A DNA stretch of 20,040 bases, from contig JBDGUI010000050.1 in the NCBI GenBank assembly GCA_042216015.1, forward strand, positions 1 to 20,040, in the 5' to 3' direction. This document shows positions 17,461 through 20,040 of the stretch, one piece after another. Source of the stretch: Halodesulfurarchaeum sp. (GTDB lineage: Archaea; Halobacteriota; Halobacteria; Halobacteriales; Halobacteriaceae). Numbering within the stretch: position 1 is the stretch's first letter; each line of letters opens with the position of its first letter. A program made the translations under genes and the position numbers. Below the pieces are notes generated by a model. It searched no databases. It had not been told where the DNA came from and saw nothing but the letters and a program-made list of their open reading frames with translations.

Positions 17461-18224
17461 GGTATTTCTCCGCTGGCGGATTCCTCGTCCGTCGCCGCAT
17501 TCTCCGGTTCCTGGGCTGCAGAGCGGGGCTTTTGTGACTTCTCGGAGTGGTCGTGGAGCGTTCCGTCCCGCAATTCGAGAATGCGATCGAAGCGCTCCCG
17601 TTCGCTGATGAGGTGTGAAATGATGGCAATCGTCGTCCCGCTCTCGACGAGCGTTTCCGTCAGGTCCCAGAACGCGAGGTAGGTCTCCCAGTCAAAGCCT
17701 GTGTAAGGCTCGTCTAGCAACAGCATGTCGGGGTCGTGCAGGAGGGCGATCGCGAGGTTGACCTTCTGCCGGTTGCCGCCGGAGAGATGATCGATGCGGT
17801 AGTCGAGAAATTCCTCGAAATCGAGCTGTTCGGCCAGCTCATCGCGGCGCTCTCGGACCCGGTCGTCGGGAAGATCGTACGCCTCCCCGAAGAGTTCGAA
17901 GGTCTCCTCGACGGTAAGCCGATCGTAGAGCAACGGCTCCTGGGGGCACCATCCGACACTCGCCTCCCGTGTGATCTCGCCGCGGTCGGGTTGGAGCGCA
18001 CCGACGAGGATTTTCATCAGCGTCGATTTCCCCGAGCCATTTGCCCCCACGATTCCAACGATCTCTCCGGCTTCGAGTTCGATGTCCACACCAGTCAGGA
18101 CCTCGACCGACCGTCCGACGACGGGGAGCCGGGAGCGATACGTCTTCTCGATTCCGGATGCTCGAAGCACGGTTTCGTCCCCGGTGTTGGTGGAGTGTGC
18201 CGGAACTTTCGTCATATTCGACAT
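17457..18224 (-). CDS. ABC exporter ATP-binding protein
   Basis: Walker A GANGSGKS, Q-loop WCPQE, signature LSGGNRQK, Walker B LLLDEP, H-loop IISH. Start is 18224 or 18215. Confidence 0.94.
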   Translation of the reverse strand: MSNMTKVPAHSTNTGDETVLRASGIEKTYRSRLPVVGRSVEVLTGVDIELEAGEIVGIVGANGSGKSTLMKILVGALQPDRGEITREASVGWCPQEPLLYDRLTVEETFELFGEAYDLPDDRVRERRDELAEQLDFEEFLDYRIDHLSGGNRQKVNLAIALLHDPDMLLLDEPYTGFDWETYLAFWDLTETLVESGTTIAIISHLISERERFDRILELRDGTLHDHSEKSQKPRSAAQEPENAATDEESASGEIP

Positions 18225-18256
18225 TTACCGAATATTCTAACCAAAATGTATTATTA
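18214..18256. promoter_or_regulatory. Divergent promoter region with a 7-8-7 inverted repeat (candidate operator)
   Basis: ATATTCG (18214-18220) N8 CGAATAT (18229-18235). AT-rich TATTATTA (18249-18256) could serve as a TATA box in either direction. Confidence 0.6.
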
Positions 18257-18273
18257 GTTTCGGGTCCTACACC

Positions 18274-18831
18274 ATGCAAATGAACCCTCCCAAGGCGGGT
18301 GGCGGTGGTGATGTCTCCGACGACGTGGCCGAAGCCCGCGAAACGGTGATCGAAGCGATGGAGCGATCGGCGGACATCTATGGGCTCAACCGGAGTTACG
18401 GAAGACTCTACGGCATTCTCTTTTTCGCAGACGAGCCGATGTCGCTGGATGAACTCGTCGAGAAGAGCGGCTACGCGAAATCGACGGTCAGTACCGCGAT
18501 GAAGGACATGGCCAAACTTCATCTGGTCCATCGGCGGTCACAGCGGGGCGAGGGCAAGCGGGCCTTCTACGAGGCCGAACGGGATTTCTGGACGATCGTC
18601 CAGGAATTTCTGCGAGGGGAAGTGAAGCGGGAAATAGCGGTCATGACCCGTGCCCTGGAAGAGGCCGAACGGACCCTGGAGGCTGCCGAGGACGAACAGG
18701 CTCGCTCGGATCTCGAAAAAATCAGGCAGCTGTTGGCCGTGTACGACCGCAGCCAGAAACTCGTGAACCTCCTTCTCAGCTCCTCCATCGACCGATTGAC
18801 GGGTTTGATCGATCGGTTGCGTGGAGACTGA
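18274..18831 (+). CDS. GbsR/MarR-family winged-helix transcriptional regulator
   Basis: YGLNRSYGRLYGILFFADEPMSLDELVEKSGYAKSTVSTAM HTH region and FYEAERDFW aromatic segment. Start is 18274 or 18280. Confidence 0.88.
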   Translation: MQMNPPKAGGGGDVSDDVAEARETVIEAMERSADIYGLNRSYGRLYGILFFADEPMSLDELVEKSGYAKSTVSTAMKDMAKLHLVHRRSQRGEGKRAFYEAERDFWTIVQEFLRGEVKREIAVMTRALEEAERTLEAAEDEQARSDLEKIRQLLAVYDRSQKLVNLLLSSSIDRLTGLIDRLRGD

Positions 18832-18865
18832 CACGCCCGACACCGGCACGCTCACCGTCGTCCCC

Positions 18866-19753
18866 TCAGTCCTCGCCTCTCGTTCGTCCGGTGACCGATT
18901 CGAGGTGCTTGAGCAGCGCCATCATGTCCTCCTCGCCGTGTCCGAGCGCGCGGGTCGCGTTCGCCGCCTCCCGGGTCGCGGCCGTTGCCGGCAGGGGCAC
19001 TGCTTCGTCGCCGCCCGCCTCGAGCACGAGGTTCAGGTCCTTGAACAGCAGGTCGACCGGGAATTGTGGGTCGAAATCGCGCTCGCGGACGACCGGCCCC
19101 TTGTAGTCGAATAGCGGGGCCCCGAGCACGCCGTTCTTGATCACCTCGAGCACCTCCTCGAGGGGCAAATCCTGGCCGTCTGCGAAGGCGAGCGCCTCCG
19201 AGAACCCCTCCATCATCACGCCCAGAAGCAAATTCGCGGTGAGTTTCATCCCCGTTCCCTCCCCGATGTCGCCGACGTGGCGGACGTCGCCAAACGCCTC
19301 CAGGACCGGACGAACGTCCTCCAGCACAGACTCCTCGGCACCGGCGAGAACCAGCAACTCACCCGCCTCCGCGGGACCGACGGTCCCCAGCACGGGTGCA
19401 TCCACGAACCGCCCGCCCGTATCCCGGACCCGCTCGGCCACGTCCGTCGTCACCGGTCGAGACACGGTGCTGGTGTTGATGACGGTATCGGCTTGCCCGA
19501 TCCCGCGAATGGCGCCCTCATCGCCGAGGACGACCTGCTGAAGTGCCTCTGGCCCGGTAACCATCGTGACGACCACGTCGGACTCGCTGGCGAGAGCGTG
19601 CGGTGAGTCGAAGGTGGTAACGCCGGCGTCAGCGAATGGGTCCATTTTGCTCGCTGTGCGATTGTGGACGCTCAGTTCGGGGTCGCTCTCTTCGAGATTC
19701 CAGGCCATCGGGGTGCCCATGGCGCCGAGGCCGATGAAGCCGACCTGTGTCAT
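18866..19753 (-). CDS. NAD(P)-dependent beta-hydroxyacid dehydrogenase (3-hydroxyisobutyrate dehydrogenase/tartronate semialdehyde reductase family)
   Basis: Start at MTQVGFIGLGAMGTPMA (19753). Motifs HNRT, FVDAPVLG, catalytic MKLTAN, KDL. Confidence 0.93.
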   Translation of the reverse strand: MTQVGFIGLGAMGTPMAWNLEESDPELSVHNRTASKMDPFADAGVTTFDSPHALASESDVVVTMVTGPEALQQVVLGDEGAIRGIGQADTVINTSTVSRPVTTDVAERVRDTGGRFVDAPVLGTVGPAEAGELLVLAGAEESVLEDVRPVLEAFGDVRHVGDIGEGTGMKLTANLLLGVMMEGFSEALAFADGQDLPLEEVLEVIKNGVLGAPLFDYKGPVVRERDFDPQFPVDLLFKDLNLVLEAGGDEAVPLPATAATREAANATRALGHGEEDMMALLKHLESVTGRTRGED

Positions 19754-19805
19754 GCTCGTTTGTTTGCGCGGTGGGGGCTTATTTTCTGGTTTCGGTGTTT
19801 GCTGA

Positions 19806-19844
19806 CCACCTCTCGCATCGCTCACGGGAACGGGGACAGCTCGA
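19806..19844 (-). repeat. Degenerate copy of the adjacent tRNA 3' half (att-like remnant)
   Basis: cggggacagctc at 19831-19842 is identical to 20029-20040, and ccacctc at 19806-19812 matches 20010-20016, in the same order and orientation with a short insertion between. Confidence 0.65.
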
Positions 19845-19865
19845 CCATTTGCTGGGTGTTAGCAT

Positions 19866-20004
19866 ACCGCGATGAGCGGAGCGAATCGCGGTTTCACCGA
19901 ACGCGACCGAAGGGAGCGTTCGGAAAGTTTTTCCCCAAGTTTTTCTGAGGAGTGGTTCCCGCAGCGAGCGAAGCGAGCGAGGAAACCCGACGAGGAAAAA
20001 GTGG
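19866..20004 (+). repeat. Multi-hairpin REP/MITE-like intergenic element
   Basis: Hairpins accgcgat-gagcggagcga-atcgcggt (19866-19892), ccgaacgc-gaccgaaggga-gcgttcgg (19897-19923) and gc-gagcgaagcga-gc (19964-19978) within an imperfect ggttcc/ggaaacc stem. Direct repeat aagtttttc at 19925 and 19937; terminal ggaaaaagtgg. Confidence 0.75.
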
Positions 20005-20007
20005 AAG

Positions 20008-20040
20008 TGCCACCTCCCGGATTTGAACCGGGGACAGCTC
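20008..20040 (-). tRNA. tRNA 3' half, probably tRNA-Phe(GAA); 5' part outside the window
   Basis: Minus strand reads GAGCTGTCCCCGGTTCAAATCCGGGAGGTGGCA: T-arm CCCGG-TTCAAAT-CCGGG, acceptor 3' strand AGGTGGC, discriminator A, no encoded CCA. It matches my recollection of haloarchaeal tRNA-Phe; the anticodon is not visible. Confidence 0.88.

Noticed and set aside
14100..19800. Intact provirus or integrative element attached to the tRNA
   Set aside because: No integrase, replication or virion genes, and no distal tRNA-end copy was found beyond the one at 19806-19844.

Overview
GC-rich haloarchaeal chromosomal window, judged from the acidic proteins, TATA-box/leaderless gene starts, archaeal L10e, type II GAPDH and a PGF-CTERM protein. 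The left part (1-14100) is housekeeping-like. It holds a HerA/FtsK-type ATPase (running off the left edge) divergent from a pilin-like protein, two tandem L-isoaspartyl methyltransferase paralogues, a zinc-finger protein, an M29 aminopeptidase, an unlisted 47-aa ORF, GAPDH-II, Hsp20, rpl10e, a PGF-CTERM surface protein, an NSS transporter, an orphan beta-class DNA methyltransferase, a cation:proton antiporter with RCK domains and a YbhB/YbcL protein. The right part (14100-20040) looks more accessory: beta-carbonic anhydrase, cupin, DUF488, an ABC-2 exporter operon with a divergent GbsR/MarR regulator, a beta-hydroxyacid dehydrogenase and the 3' half of a tRNA (probably tRNA-Phe). The most unusual non-coding structure is next to the tRNA. 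A ~140-bp element with three hairpins of shared loop architecture (GA-NN-GNA-NN-GA) sits between the tRNA 3' end and a degenerate second copy of that 3' end. Other signals are a 3x29-bp tandem repeat, a 30-bp duplication of the gap stop region, a 7-8-7 operator-like palindrome and strong CTAG avoidance. No integrase, transposase, CRISPR array or complete defence system was seen. All calls are by eye, with no searches run.
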